Shown: positions 19,649 to 30,191, counted from the first letter of the stretch. The stretch is 64,000 nt of DNA from an uncultured Verrucomicrobiae bacterium (GCA_963837955.1 CAWIPH010000002.1:1600001-1664000); one strand, 5' to 3'. Numbers and translations: made by a program. The notes: generated by a model not told the origin, from the sequence alone.

Positions 19649-21196
19649 ATGGGGAGAAGAATGCAGACCCCAAGCGTCGATTCCTCTTTGAAGACCCTTC
19701 TTCAGCTTCGGGGTGTCGCCAAAGCATTTGCAGGGGTGCAAGCGTTGAATGGCGTAGATTTTGACCTCAGAGCAGGAGAGGTCCACGCCCTGATGGGCGA
19801 AAACGGGGCAGGCAAATCTACGTTGATGAAGATTCTCTTTGGCGTGCTGCGGCCCGATTCAGGCTCGTTCGTGATCGACGGTCATGGCGAAGTCTCCATC
19901 GATGATCCGCGGCACGCTCTGGCACTTGGCGTTGGCCTGGTTAGCCAAGAACCAAGCCTGGTTCCCCAGCTCGACGTTGCCCAGAACATCTTTCTCGGAC
20001 AAACCGAAGCGTTGGGAATCGTTCAGCGGAGCGAGTTTCAGGCGAAAGCACGCGAGATTCTCAAACCCTTGGCACCACGGCTTCCCGTCACAGCTCGTGT
20101 TTCTTCCCTCGGCATGGCCGAGTTGCAAGTAGTCGAAATAGCACGAACGCTGGCGGGCGGCGGCAAAATCATCGCCTTCGACGAACCGACTTCCAGCTTG
20201 ACGCCTGCGGAGCGAGACGGCCTGTTTGCACTCATTCGGCAACTGAAGAGCGATGGGAAGGGGATCATTTACATTTCCCACCGGGTCCCGGAAGTCTATG
20301 CGATCAGCGATCGGGTTACCGTGCTCCGAGATGGTCGGGTGGTAGCTAGCCGAGCGACTAACGAGGTAAGCCCGAGCGAACTGATTAACTTGATCGCCGG
20401 ACGGCGGCTAGCAGACGAGTTGCAGCACCCGGTGAAAAAGAGCGTGCGCCCGAGCGCTACAGAAGCGCTGAGGCTCCAAGGCATTTCTGTTGCCGGGAAA
20501 TTGCACGGCATCGACTTGACCGTGCGCAGCGGCGAAATCTTTGGCCTTGCCGGGTTAGTCGGTTCCGGAAGGACGGAGCTCGTCCGATGCATTTTTGGCG
20601 CCGATCGCAAGGATACGGGTAGGATCTACGTGAAGGGAAAATCGATCGAGATCCGGCAACCTTCCGACGCGATGTCCGCCGGAATCGCCCTGATTCCGGA
20701 AGACCGCCGCAAACAGGCGCTCGTGCCTGTCATGGACGTGGAACGAAATTTTGGCTTGGCCAATTATCGGCGTTATGCGCCGTATGGATTATTACGGCTC
20801 AAACAACGACGTCAGGAAGCTGAACGCTACATTGAGGAAATGGCGATTCGCCCGCGGCGCGCGGGCGTGCGGATGCGCAACCTTTCCGGCGGCAATCAAC
20901 AGAAAGTAATTATCGCCCGTTGGCTTCAGTCAGGTGCGAGGATTTTTCTCTTCGATGAGCCGACCCGAGGCATCGACGTCGGCGCCAAATTCGAAATCCA
21001 CCAACTCATGCGCCGCTTGGCAGAGGAAGGCTGCGCCCTCTTGGTAGTCTCGTCTGAACTACCTGAGATCTTGGCCCTTTGCGATCGGGTGGGGGTGATG
21101 CGGGAGGGTCGTTTAGTCCACATGATCGACGACTGTTCCGGGTTAACGGAAGATTTACTTATGAAATACGCCAGCGGCGAGGTTTCCGTTGTATGA
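19649..21196 (+). CDS. Sugar ABC transporter ATP-binding protein (two NBDs)
   Basis: GENGAGKST, DEPT, LSGGNQQK, DEPTRGIDVGAK. Confidence 0.96.
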   Translation: MGRRMQTPSVDSSLKTLLQLRGVAKAFAGVQALNGVDFDLRAGEVHALMGENGAGKSTLMKILFGVLRPDSGSFVIDGHGEVSIDDPRHALALGVGLVSQEPSLVPQLDVAQNIFLGQTEALGIVQRSEFQAKAREILKPLAPRLPVTARVSSLGMAELQVVEIARTLAGGGKIIAFDEPTSSLTPAERDGLFALIRQLKSDGKGIIYISHRVPEVYAISDRVTVLRDGRVVASRATNEVSPSELINLIAGRRLADELQHPVKKSVRPSATEALRLQGISVAGKLHGIDLTVRSGEIFGLAGLVGSGRTELVRCIFGADRKDTGRIYVKGKSIEIRQPSDAMSAGIALIPEDRRKQALVPVMDVERNFGLANYRRYAPYGLLRLKQRRQEAERYIEEMAIRPRRAGVRMRNLSGGNQQKVIIARWLQSGARIFLFDEPTRGIDVGAKFEIHQLMRRLAEEGCALLVVSSELPEILALCDRVGVMREGRLVHMIDDCSGLTEDLLMKYASGEVSVV

Positions 21197-22185
21197 CAAA
21201 CGATCGGATCCCGCCGCTTACGGCGCCCACTCAGGCGTCGGTCTCAACTCAGCGAGAAAAAGTCAGCCTGGAATTGGTTAGACGCGCCAGTGTTGTCGTT
21301 GGGGTTGGACTGCTTTTCATTACTTTCTCCATCCTCACCAGCAGTTTCTATCAGCCGGCCAATCTTCTCGACATCCTGCTGCAATCCTCGATCAACGCCA
21401 TGATTGCTGTTGGCATGACGCTGGTCGTGATGACTCGCGGCATCGACCTTTCGGTCGGGTCGGTAGTGGGTCTCACAAGCATGATCACCGCCAGTTTCCT
21501 GCACCAGAATCTCTTCCTTGGGATAGCGGCCGGGATTTTGTTAGGCGTGGTTTGCGGTTTGGTTAACGGCATCCTGATCGCCAAGCTCAAGCTGCCTGAC
21601 TTTATCGTGACGCTCGGCATGCTCAGCATCTACCGCGGTGCGGCCCTGATCTACACGGACGGCAAACCAATTTATGGCATCGATAAAACGTTTCGAGCCA
21701 TCTTCGCCGGTGAACTGGTTGGCATTCCCACACCAGTGATCCTTGCCCTGGCAATCGCGTTTCTGGCCTTCATGCTCGTGCGGTACACGGCTCTCGGAGA
21801 GCAGATCATCGCCGTTGGCGGTAATGAAGAAGCAGCCAGGCTTTCCGGGATCAACATCGATGGGGTAAAGATTTCCGTTTATGCCATTTCCGGGCTGCTT
21901 GCCAGCCTTGCCGGTTTCGTCTTGATTGGGCGGATCGGCGCAGCTGAACCGATTGGCGGCACCGGCTTCGAGTTGCAGGCGATCGGCGCGGCTGTGATCG
22001 GTGGCGCGAGCTTGTTCGGCGGAGAGGGGAACCCTTTGGGGTCGCTCATCGGCGCTTTGACCCTGGGTGCGATGCAGAACGGCTTGACGTTGATAAACGT
22101 CCCGTCGTTCTGGCAGTACGTGGCGACCGGCGCGGTCGTGATCCTGGCTGTGTTTGTCGACCAGGCCACTCGAAAACGACAATGA
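21193..22185 (+). CDS. Sugar ABC transporter permease
   Basis: GIDLSVGS, GGNEEAARLSGI, ELQAIGAAVIGG; ATGA overlap with the ATPase stop. Confidence 0.95.
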   Translation: MTNDRIPPLTAPTQASVSTQREKVSLELVRRASVVVGVGLLFITFSILTSSFYQPANLLDILLQSSINAMIAVGMTLVVMTRGIDLSVGSVVGLTSMITASFLHQNLFLGIAAGILLGVVCGLVNGILIAKLKLPDFIVTLGMLSIYRGAALIYTDGKPIYGIDKTFRAIFAGELVGIPTPVILALAIAFLAFMLVRYTALGEQIIAVGGNEEAARLSGINIDGVKISVYAISGLLASLAGFVLIGRIGAAEPIGGTGFELQAIGAAVIGGASLFGGEGNPLGSLIGALTLGAMQNGLTLINVPSFWQYVATGAVVILAVFVDQATRKRQ

Positions 22186-23105
22186 GAGGCGAGGAATCAG
22201 GCATGCCAGGCGCAGAACCGATAATTGATCCACACCATCATCTTTGGGATCTACAGCGAAACAAGTATCCTTGGCTGCAGGAGCGCCCTCTCTCGCCACG
22301 TCTGGAAGGCGACATTGAGCCTATCGCCAAGGATTATCTGATTGGGGATTATCAAGCGGATATCCGCAACCAGAACGTTGTTAAATCGGTGCATGTCGAA
22401 TCCGGCTGGGATCCATCAGATCCAGTTGGCGAAACAGAGTGGTTACAACAGCTTTCCGATAAACACGGTTATCCCCACGGAATCGTAGCCCGTGCGGCTT
22501 TAGACGCGCCCGATGTCGAACAGATCTTGGAAAACCACGCACGTTACAAAAATATTCGGGGCATTCGACACATCGTTAATTGGCATCGTGACCCGGTCAA
22601 AACCTATGTGGACCGCCCTGATCTCATCAGCACCAAAGCATGGCGGCGTGGTTTCAGCCTTCTTCGACGTTTTGGGTTTTCCTTCGACCTCCAGCTTTAC
22701 CCGTCTCAGATGAGCGATGCTGCCGAACTAGCGCATTCCTACCCTGACATCCTGATCATTCTCAATCACTCCGGAATGCCAGTTGATCGGGACAATGAAG
22801 GAATTCGCATCTGGCGAAGCGGAATGCGAGAACTAGCCGCTGCTAGCAATGTCGTTGTCAAGATCTCAGGGGTAGGCGCCGTCGACTGGAATTGGACAGT
22901 TGATACCATTCGTCCTTTCGTCCTGCAAACGATCGAGATCTTCGGCGTCGACCGATGCATGTTCGCCAGCAACTTCCCCGTAGATAAGTTATATAGCGAC
23001 TTCGATAGACTTTACGCGTCTTTTCACGAGATCACAAAACACTTTAACCGGTACGAGCGGTTGGCGCTGTTTCACGATAACGCGGCGCGCTATTACCGTC
23101 TCTGA
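22182..23105 (+). CDS. Amidohydrolase family 2, probable sugar lactonase
   Basis: IDPHHHLW, NHSGMP, KISG, FASNFPVD. Confidence 0.88.
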   Translation: MRGEESGMPGAEPIIDPHHHLWDLQRNKYPWLQERPLSPRLEGDIEPIAKDYLIGDYQADIRNQNVVKSVHVESGWDPSDPVGETEWLQQLSDKHGYPHGIVARAALDAPDVEQILENHARYKNIRGIRHIVNWHRDPVKTYVDRPDLISTKAWRRGFSLLRRFGFSFDLQLYPSQMSDAAELAHSYPDILIILNHSGMPVDRDNEGIRIWRSGMRELAAASNVVVKISGVGAVDWNWTVDTIRPFVLQTIEIFGVDRCMFASNFPVDKLYSDFDRLYASFHEITKHFNRYERLALFHDNAARYYRL

Positions 23106-23172
23106 GAAGTCTGATCTTGTTGATACCTAGTAACACACAATACCTGCCTAGAGACCATAACATTTTTACCCT

Positions 23173-24210
23173 ATGAACTATGCGGCCAGACTAAACTCGT
23201 TTGCGGCGCGACCCGAACTTTGCTGGGGAGCGGTTAGGTACAAGCCGAGCACGCTGGAGTTAATTGAGCGGGCGAGTCAAGTCCGTGGACTCTCGGCCAT
23301 CGATTTGAATTTCCCGGATCATTTTACTGATGTCGGACCTCAACAAATCGCTTCCTTTGCTGGCGATCGGGGTTTGAGGATCAACGGAATTGCCATGCGT
23401 TATTACACCGATCATGGGTTCAAACTCGGGGCTTTCACCAATCCTGATCCACGTGTGCGCAGAGAAGCTATTGATTTGACCAAGAGAGGACTTGACCTTC
23501 TTGGGGAAACCGAGGGGAATCTACTTACGGTGTGGCTGGGGCAGGATGGTTGGGATTATCCTTTCCAGGTTGATTACGAGGGCCTCTGGGAATTGGAAAT
23601 AGAAGCTATTCGAGAGGTTGCTGAATACAATCCGCGCGTAATGGTGAGCATTGAATATAAGCCAAGCGAGCCGCGCGCTTTTAGCCTGTTGGCTAACCTC
23701 GCGATGACGCTGCTCGCTATCAGAAAAGCCGGTCGCCCAAACCTCGGGGTCACTCTAGATTTTGCTCACGTTCTTTATGCCGGTGAACAACCAGCGTGTG
23801 CGGCCGCGTTGATTCAGCGCGAGAGCCGGCTATTAGGTATTCATCTAAACGATGGATATGGCCGTCGCGATGATGGATTGATGGTTGGTAGCGTCAGCCT
23901 AGCACAGACACTGGAGCTACTGTTTCAGGTCATCCAAAAGGGATTCGATGGGGTTATTTATTTTGACACCTTCCCCGATCTAAGTGGCTTGGATCCGGTG
24001 CATGAATGCCAGAACAACATCGCCATGGTGGACACCCTCCGCGAAGTGGTTCGCCGATTAGTGGAACGACCGGACTTGCTTGAAGCAATCAGCCGCCACG
24101 ATGCGGTTGTCAGTCAGGATCTCGTTCGACGAGCCATCTTTGGCACTCTAGGAGCAGCTAACGAACCTTTTAGAGAGACCACTTTGGCCCAATCCAAGTT
24201 AGGAACCTGA
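23173..24210 (+). CDS. Xylose-isomerase-like TIM barrel sugar isomerase
   Basis: WLGQDGWDYP, IEYKPSEPR, TLDFAH, HLNDG, YFDTFP. Confidence 0.88.
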   Translation: MNYAARLNSFAARPELCWGAVRYKPSTLELIERASQVRGLSAIDLNFPDHFTDVGPQQIASFAGDRGLRINGIAMRYYTDHGFKLGAFTNPDPRVRREAIDLTKRGLDLLGETEGNLLTVWLGQDGWDYPFQVDYEGLWELEIEAIREVAEYNPRVMVSIEYKPSEPRAFSLLANLAMTLLAIRKAGRPNLGVTLDFAHVLYAGEQPACAAALIQRESRLLGIHLNDGYGRRDDGLMVGSVSLAQTLELLFQVIQKGFDGVIYFDTFPDLSGLDPVHECQNNIAMVDTLREVVRRLVERPDLLEAISRHDAVVSQDLVRRAIFGTLGAANEPFRETTLAQSKLGT

Positions 24211-24277
24211 TGCAAATATTTCATTTGATTAGCGCGATTAACACACAGTTAACGCTTAAGTCAGAGAGGACACGATT

Positions 24278-25027
24278 ATGTTGTTGCAAGAGCAAGTAGT
24301 CGTCATCTCCGGTGCGGCGACTAAAAGAGGTATTGGATTAGCAACAGCTCACCTTTTCGCGGAACACGGGGCGACAGTGGCTATTCTAGATCTAGCGGGG
24401 GCTGATCCGGCACAAATAGCACCAACCATTGGAGAGACACATCGAGGTTATGTTTGTGATGTAACCAAGAAAGATCAATGCGAACGCGTAGCTCGAGAGA
24501 TCATCGAAGATCTCGGGGCAGTGGACGTCTTGATAAACAATGCGGGAATTACCCAGCCCATTCGCATCATGGATATTCAGCCTCATAATTACGATGCGGT
24601 TTTGGATGTCAGCCTCAGGGGAATGTTATATCTTTCTCAGGCCTTCATTCCACACATGATTAGCCGTGGAAAAGGATCAATCGCTTCAACCTCGTCTGTT
24701 TCAGCATTGACGGGCGGAGGGTTCTTTGGCGGTCCGCATTACTCCGCGGCGAAAGCTGGAATGCTCGGCCTGACTAAGGACATGGCTCGCGAGCTTGCGC
24801 CGAAAGGCATCCGAGTAAACGCAGTCGCGCCGGGCATGGTGGACACTGACATCCGAGGCGACAAAATGAGCCAAGAAATATTTGACAAAATCCTTGGCAC
24901 GATCCCAATGGGACGCATCGCGAGCCCGCGGGAGATCGCGAGCGTTTTTCTCTTCCTGGCATCGGACCTTTCCTCGTTTGTGACGGGGGCGACGATCGAC
25001 GTAAACGGCGGGATGTTTATCCATTGA
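24278..25027 (+). CDS. Short-chain dehydrogenase/reductase
   Basis: SGAATKRGIG, NNAG, YSAAK. Confidence 0.93.
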   Translation: MLLQEQVVVISGAATKRGIGLATAHLFAEHGATVAILDLAGADPAQIAPTIGETHRGYVCDVTKKDQCERVAREIIEDLGAVDVLINNAGITQPIRIMDIQPHNYDAVLDVSLRGMLYLSQAFIPHMISRGKGSIASTSSVSALTGGGFFGGPHYSAAKAGMLGLTKDMARELAPKGIRVNAVAPGMVDTDIRGDKMSQEIFDKILGTIPMGRIASPREIASVFLFLASDLSSFVTGATIDVNGGMFIH

Positions 25028-25201
25028 TCAAACAAGCGCTCATGCTGGAGTTAATAGACCTTGTTGCATATCGTTTGGTGTCAGCGAATCCCCGTTTAAA
25101 CTTGGTAAGGCGAGACGGCCAACACCAAGAAAACCGTAAAGAAACGAATTCAGGCGCGAGTCGTTCTCCGGGTTAACCAGCTCAGGGGTCGATGCAAACG
25201 T

Positions 25202-26227
25202 ATGACCACCAAAATCGACCTTCATAGTAACACGTTGTGGCTCGCCGCAGACGAGCTTAAGGCGACTCAGTCCGAAGCAGAAGTCGCGGTGGTCGGAAGC
25301 CTTCACTTAGACATCCTGGTAAATGCCCCGGACCGACCAAAGAAGGACGAAACGCTGCCCGGAACTGCCTGGAGAAATAAGGCTGGCGGCAAGGGCGGCA
25401 ATCAAGCCGTTGCCGCTTCTCAATTCGGAGCCCGAACGGCGATGATCGGCCGGGTGGGCAGCGATGATTTTGGCGAACGGCTTTTGGCTCATCTGAGCGG
25501 CCATGGCGTTGATATAAGCCACGTTCGTCTTGATCATGAATCGGATTCCGGGATGAGCGTGGCGATTATCGATAAGGATGGCGACTATGGAGCAGTCATT
25601 GTTTCGGGAGCGAACCTGCGCATCAGTGCCGCAGATGTAGAGGATGCTGAGGAAGTTTTCAAAAAGGCTAAAGTGCTTGTACTTCAGAATGAAATTTCTA
25701 ACGCGACAAATGTTGCCGCAGCTGAGCTGGCAAAGCGGCATCATACGTACGTTATCTTAAACGCGGCCCCTGCTCGGCCGATGGAGAGCGTGTTGTCCAA
25801 AAACATAGATCTTCTCGTCGTCAATGCTCTGGAAGCGGAGATGCTTAGCGGTATTCCAGTCACAGATTCGTTGACTGCTGGCGCTGCTGCCGAAACGCTG
25901 CGCGAAACCGCAGCACAGGTTGTAGTCACCGCTGGTGCTTCTGGTCTAGCGATCGCTACGCACCAAGGGGATTCCATTCTTGAGGCTGCTTATCCCGTCC
26001 AGCCAATTGATACGCATGGAGCCGGCGACACATTCATTGGTGCGCTAGCCGCCCGCCTCGCTGTAGGGACGCCACTCTTGGAAGCCGCTCGTTTTGCAAA
26101 TGCCGCCGCTGCGCTTTTTGTGAGCGCGCATCCTGACGATAGAGGAAATCTAACCCCTACATTAGTCGCGCAGTTTGTCGCCAACTACCACTCTGGCTCT
26201 ACTATTCATACTGAGCAAGGGGCCTAA
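25202..26227 (+). CDS. Ribokinase-like PfkB carbohydrate kinase
   Basis: GGKGGNQAVAA, DTHGAGDTFIG. Confidence 0.92.
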   Translation: MTTKIDLHSNTLWLAADELKATQSEAEVAVVGSLHLDILVNAPDRPKKDETLPGTAWRNKAGGKGGNQAVAASQFGARTAMIGRVGSDDFGERLLAHLSGHGVDISHVRLDHESDSGMSVAIIDKDGDYGAVIVSGANLRISAADVEDAEEVFKKAKVLVLQNEISNATNVAAAELAKRHHTYVILNAAPARPMESVLSKNIDLLVVNALEAEMLSGIPVTDSLTAGAAAETLRETAAQVVVTAGASGLAIATHQGDSILEAAYPVQPIDTHGAGDTFIGALAARLAVGTPLLEAARFANAAAALFVSAHPDDRGNLTPTLVAQFVANYHSGSTIHTEQGA

Positions 26228-26437
26228 ACGGTGGGTAACAATCCAGATCTTCTCGAGAGAAAAGAACGTCGTCGTAGCTGGGTTGTAGGTTCGATTCCTC
26301 CACGGTGCAAATCTTTGATCGCAAACCTTACAAGACCAAGAGAAAATGGTCCTCGATTCATTAGCAACCCAGGAGGGTCCAAACGGTTTGCAGCCCTCTC
26401 TCTGACCCTCCTGGTTCATTTTATGTCTCTGATTCGA

Positions 26438-27673
26438 TTATGATTGCCGCCTGGCATTATCCGCTGCCGTTGCCAGCTGCATGGCGAATTTAAAGAAGTC
26501 CACTGATTGGCCGGCGAAGAGCAGGTCGTCCGTGAAGGACTTGACGGTGGCCACTGCACCTCCCAGTTGGGTGGAGGTAGGGCGGATCACCGAACAGGGA
26601 GGCAGGTCGGTTCGAATGAAGTCACATGGTTCCGGCTGGATCTTGTTGGTCTGGGTCAGCTCCAGCGCCGCCGCGGGGGTAACGGCATTGAGATTCGGGA
26701 ACGTTAACCCAGGATTTTCGGGGTCGGTCAAACCAGCCAAAGTTCCAGACACCGCATTACCCGCTTTGTCATGCCAAAGCGAAAAGTGGTCGATCTCGAC
26801 TCCGCCAATACTCAGCAAGATTCGCAAAACTTCCTCACTGGTTGCCTTGAGTGCGAGCGTAGGATAAAGGCTCGAGCCACCCTGCTCAATGAACGCGAAG
26901 TGAAATCCGGCAGTGTTAGCGATCGCTTGCATGCGGCGGGCGGTCGTTGTTGTTGGGGGGTTCGGTTGGGCCATGCCGGGAGGCGTATCCGTATCGTTTA
27001 AGGGAATACCCGGCTCATTCAAAATGTTAAATGGGCCCTTGAGGGAAGCTCCCAAATCGGGATTGTCGTCGCTACGGTATCGCGTATACCAACTGAGATC
27101 TACATTGAGCCGCAGAAGGTTTGTCAGTCGTTTGTGGATTTTGTTTGGATCGACCCCTGTGGCGGTACTGCCTGTTAAATTACGAAATGAATCAAGGTTG
27201 ACCGGCTCTGCTCCCTTAGAAATTAAGTAGGCGTTCAGGAAGGCTGCGTGGCTTAATTCATCATCAGTATTGTCGCTAATATACTGGGGCATGTCGCCAT
27301 CGAGATTTTGGAGCGCAAGTATGTAGGCCGGATTTCCGGTGTTCGGTGCGCCGTCGTTGGGTTTGGTGGCTCCGCCCAGCTCATTGTACTGTGTCCATAG
27401 ATCGCTCTCCACGATTTCCGCCCAGGCGGCGAATCTGAGAAGATCTGCATCTCCTTTGGTAAGTTTTCCACTGCTCTGCTCCTGCGCTCTGGCTTGACGC
27501 ATAAATATTGCACTGGCTGGCAGCAACGTTGCGCCGACAACGCCGAGGCCTTTGAGAAATGAGCGTCGCCCGACGGTGACATGATTGCGAGGTTCAGGCG
27601 GCCTTGACAGTTCTTGAAAAGGAAGGTGTTTCTCAGCTGACAAGTTAAGAGAGGGGTTTTCTTCTTTATTCAT
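26438..27673 (-). CDS. Tat-exported ferritin-like domain protein
   Basis: Twin-arginine GRRSFLK; iron-ligand-like motifs EIVE, DDELSH, FIEQGG, VEIDH. Confidence 0.85.
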   Translation of the reverse strand: MNKEENPSLNLSAEKHLPFQELSRPPEPRNHVTVGRRSFLKGLGVVGATLLPASAIFMRQARAQEQSSGKLTKGDADLLRFAAWAEIVESDLWTQYNELGGATKPNDGAPNTGNPAYILALQNLDGDMPQYISDNTDDELSHAAFLNAYLISKGAEPVNLDSFRNLTGSTATGVDPNKIHKRLTNLLRLNVDLSWYTRYRSDDNPDLGASLKGPFNILNEPGIPLNDTDTPPGMAQPNPPTTTTARRMQAIANTAGFHFAFIEQGGSSLYPTLALKATSEEVLRILLSIGGVEIDHFSLWHDKAGNAVSGTLAGLTDPENPGLTFPNLNAVTPAAALELTQTNKIQPEPCDFIRTDLPPCSVIRPTSTQLGGAVATVKSFTDDLLFAGQSVDFFKFAMQLATAADNARRQS

Positions 27674-27744
27674 ATTCTACGTTACGAGTTAGTTTTGTTA
27701 GGGTGAGCTCGTTCTATGAAATAACGAATTCGCCGTTATTGGTA

Positions 27745-27772
27745 TAAACCGGGCGACCAACTAATTTATTCC
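27745..27772 (-). promoter_or_regulatory. Candidate ECF sigma promoter of the ferritin-like gene
   Basis: GGAATAA-N15-GGTTTA on the minus strand; same spacing as the sites at 29440 and 29855. Confidence 0.6.
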
Positions 27773-28002
27773 TCGCAACTAACAAATACTGTTAGAAATG
27801 GAATTAGTTGCTCTCGTGCTGGACGCAAAGAGGCACGAACTGATCTTCGTAGTCACAATGTCGCCAAGTGTTCTTTCGGAAACAGAAGCCGAGTGGTTCC
27901 GCCTTCTTCAGTGGAGATCTGCTGTAGCGCGATCTCTTTCCCGAATTCCAGACTCAGCTAAGCAAGCCGCGGTACAACCGACTCCCCAACAATCACCGGT
28001 CC

Positions 28003-28770
28003 TCAAGAGTGTTCTTCTTGCTGAATTTTGACGAGTTCGAGAAGTGCACCGGGCGCAGCGTCGGATACAGCCCAACAATCGAAACCGTTCGCATTCCAAT
28101 AGACAAGATTGTAGCCCTGATAGTCGAATGATTTTTGTTGCGAGGCCGCCTCAGGATTTCGTTCGCGGCAGATGAACATGCTCACGTAGCGGTTCTTAAA
28201 GCGATAGACAAGAACCGCAACGTTGTTGCCTCTCACATAGTCAAGGCGGCCGCCGACCAACTTAAACCCTTGATCGGCAAAGTCGCGCACGGGTGGCGAG
28301 AAATTTATTTTACCGGCAAACCAAGGCTTTACGGTATGCTGGTCACTTGATTCGACATCCAGAAGATGCGTACCGATAAGCGACCGAATGTGATCTGATG
28401 CGACTTCTGCCACCAATGATGGCGTCTCGGTAGGAAGCAACCGCCCAATGTTCGCGTACAAGAACACTCCGAATACCGCGGCCGCAGCAACCGCGGCTGG
28501 AATCCAAGCGGCAGCCGGAAACGAAAGGATCTTTCTGGTCGGCCGAGACGAGAGTGCTAGTTTCTTGCGAATTTGGTCGGCGAAATCGTCGGGGGCTGCG
28601 TAGCGTAAATCCGGATCTGCAAGTCGACTGCGGAGCGCTACTCTCAGCTCATAGTGGGAACGGCAGCTGGCACAGATGCGAAGGTGCTGTTCGATCGCAA
28701 CGGTTTTCGTCAGATCAAGCTCATTGTCGAAGTAGGCATCGAGCAAGGTCAGTATCTCTTGGCAATTCAT
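28003..28770 (-). CDS. Membrane-bound zinc-finger anti-sigma factor
   Basis: HLRICASC (HxxxCxxC), TM helix, SSDQHTVKPWF, GGRLDY. Confidence 0.92.
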   Translation of the reverse strand: MNCQEILTLLDAYFDNELDLTKTVAIEQHLRICASCRSHYELRVALRSRLADPDLRYAAPDDFADQIRKKLALSSRPTRKILSFPAAAWIPAAVAAAAVFGVFLYANIGRLLPTETPSLVAEVASDHIRSLIGTHLLDVESSDQHTVKPWFAGKINFSPPVRDFADQGFKLVGGRLDYVRGNNVAVLVYRFKNRYVSMFICRERNPEAASQQKSFDYQGYNLVYWNANGFDCWAVSDAAPGALLELVKIQQEEHS

Positions 28771-29432
28771 TCGTTCGCTCCTTCATCTTGGAGCAGGACG
28801 GCTAGTTGCCGCCTCGCCCGGGAGAGCCGCGACATCACCGTACCAACCGGCACGCCCGCTATGTCAGAGATCTCCTTGTAGGAAAATCCATCGAATTCTC
28901 GGAGAATAATCACGGTCTTGAATTCCAAAGGTAGAGCCTCAATCGCCTCCTGAATTCGCAATTTGGTTGAACTCTGCATTGCCAAAGCATTTGGGCTGGG
29001 TTTCGAGTCAGGAACTTCGGCAACCATCTCTTCATCGAGCGAGATGATACTGTGCTGCGACTCTCTGGCCCGTAAAGCGTCATAACAAACATTACGAACA
29101 ATCCGAAGTAGCCAGGCACGGCCACAGTCGCCGTGAAACGACTCAAAATAGCGAAAGGCCTTCAAGTAAGCGTCTTGAACAGCATCGCAGGCATCGGGTT
29201 CGTTTTTCATCATCCAGCGGGCCAGGTTGTATGCTTCCGGCATGATAGGCAGCATTTGATTTTCAAAGCGTATGCGGCGGCCTTGCTCATTCATCGCGTG
29301 CTGATCGGAATCCACAGCAACGATGATTTTATCGCCTGTCGCCTCACTCTCCGCGACCGCGCATCCACGGCAGTTCTTTTCTTTGTCGACCGCATAACCG
29401 CACGATGTCGCATAATCGGAAAGCAAGACCAC
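28767..29432 (-). CDS. ECF RNA polymerase sigma factor (true start possibly 29294)
   Basis: DAVQDAYLKAF, AWLLRIVRN, SYKEISDIAGVPVGTVMSRLSRAR; overlaps the anti-sigma start. Confidence 0.93.
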   Translation of the reverse strand: MVLLSDYATSCGYAVDKEKNCRGCAVAESEATGDKIIVAVDSDQHAMNEQGRRIRFENQMLPIMPEAYNLARWMMKNEPDACDAVQDAYLKAFRYFESFHGDCGRAWLLRIVRNVCYDALRARESQHSIISLDEEMVAEVPDSKPSPNALAMQSSTKLRIQEAIEALPLEFKTVIILREFDGFSYKEISDIAGVPVGTVMSRLSRARRQLAVLLQDEGANE

Positions 29433-29439
29433 AACTAGA

Positions 29440-29467
29440 AATACCTGGTTTCAGAAAATCTTATTCC
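29440..29467 (-). promoter_or_regulatory. Candidate autoregulatory ECF promoter
   Basis: GGAATAA-N15-GGTATT directly upstream of the sigma gene. Confidence 0.6.
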
Positions 29468-29619
29468 CCGGAAACCGGTAGGGACGCGCTCCCGACTTCG
29501 CAAAGCCTACGTCGCGGCTGAATCCAAGATCATGCCTACCTGAAGGTTGGAGGGGGCGTGGTAATCCGGCGGCTGCCCATAGGCGTCAACATAAGAATGG
29601 TTTGCCTGCTCCATCGCCG

Positions 29620-29740
29620 GGAGGGCGCGCGTCCCCGCGCGCCGAGAAAACGATCTCTAACCTGGGGGAGGCAATTGAACCCTTGGTATACAAACGCGCT
29701 TGGGTCCGGCCACAACGGATCGCGGGGACGCGATCCCTCC
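29620..29740. repeat. Inverted pair of REP-like palindromes
   Basis: ggagggcgcgcgtccccgcgcgccg (29620-29644) and cggatcgcggggacgcgatccctcc (29716-29740). Confidence 0.7.
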
Positions 29741-29854
29741 CCGCGTTGGGTCACGCGGCCGCGGCGGCTGCCGGACGGAGGCAGCCCGCGCGTCCGCGTA
29801 CGTTTCACCACGTCGTTCTGACTCAGGCGCTATCTGTCTCAAAGGACGATCGCG

Positions 29855-29882
29855 GGAATATATCCAACGACCGGCGGGTAGT
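29855..29882 (+). promoter_or_regulatory. Candidate ECF promoter of the small lipoprotein gene
   Basis: GGAATAT-N15-GGTAGT. Confidence 0.5.
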
Positions 29883-29900
29883 TAACTATGGAGCTATTGA

Positions 29901-30191
29901 ATGCAATTGAACCAACACATAGAAAAAATGGACCGTCCGCGGAGCGGCGCTAAGATACTTAATGACCGTTGTTCCGGCTTCTTCTTCAACGACATGGGGC
30001 GAGCGGCGCTGTTAGCAGTGGCTTTCGGTGTAGCGGTCGTGCTGGCGACAGGTTGCTCCTCAACGGGCGGAGGTGTTAAGGCAGAACTGATAGCTCCGGT
30101 TACAAACGCCCCTCAGGATTCGGTTCCTGAGGACGACGGTTTCTACCACCCACCGCGGAGTCCCGGATTTAACGACTTAACTGGGAGTTAA
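29901..30191 (+). CDS. Small putative lipoprotein (start uncertain: 29901, 29928 or 29994)
   Basis: Hydrophobic stretch ending in lipobox-like VLATG-CSS. Confidence 0.55.
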   Translation: MQLNQHIEKMDRPRSGAKILNDRCSGFFFNDMGRAALLAVAFGVAVVLATGCSSTGGGVKAELIAPVTNAPQDSVPEDDGFYHPPRSPGFNDLTGS

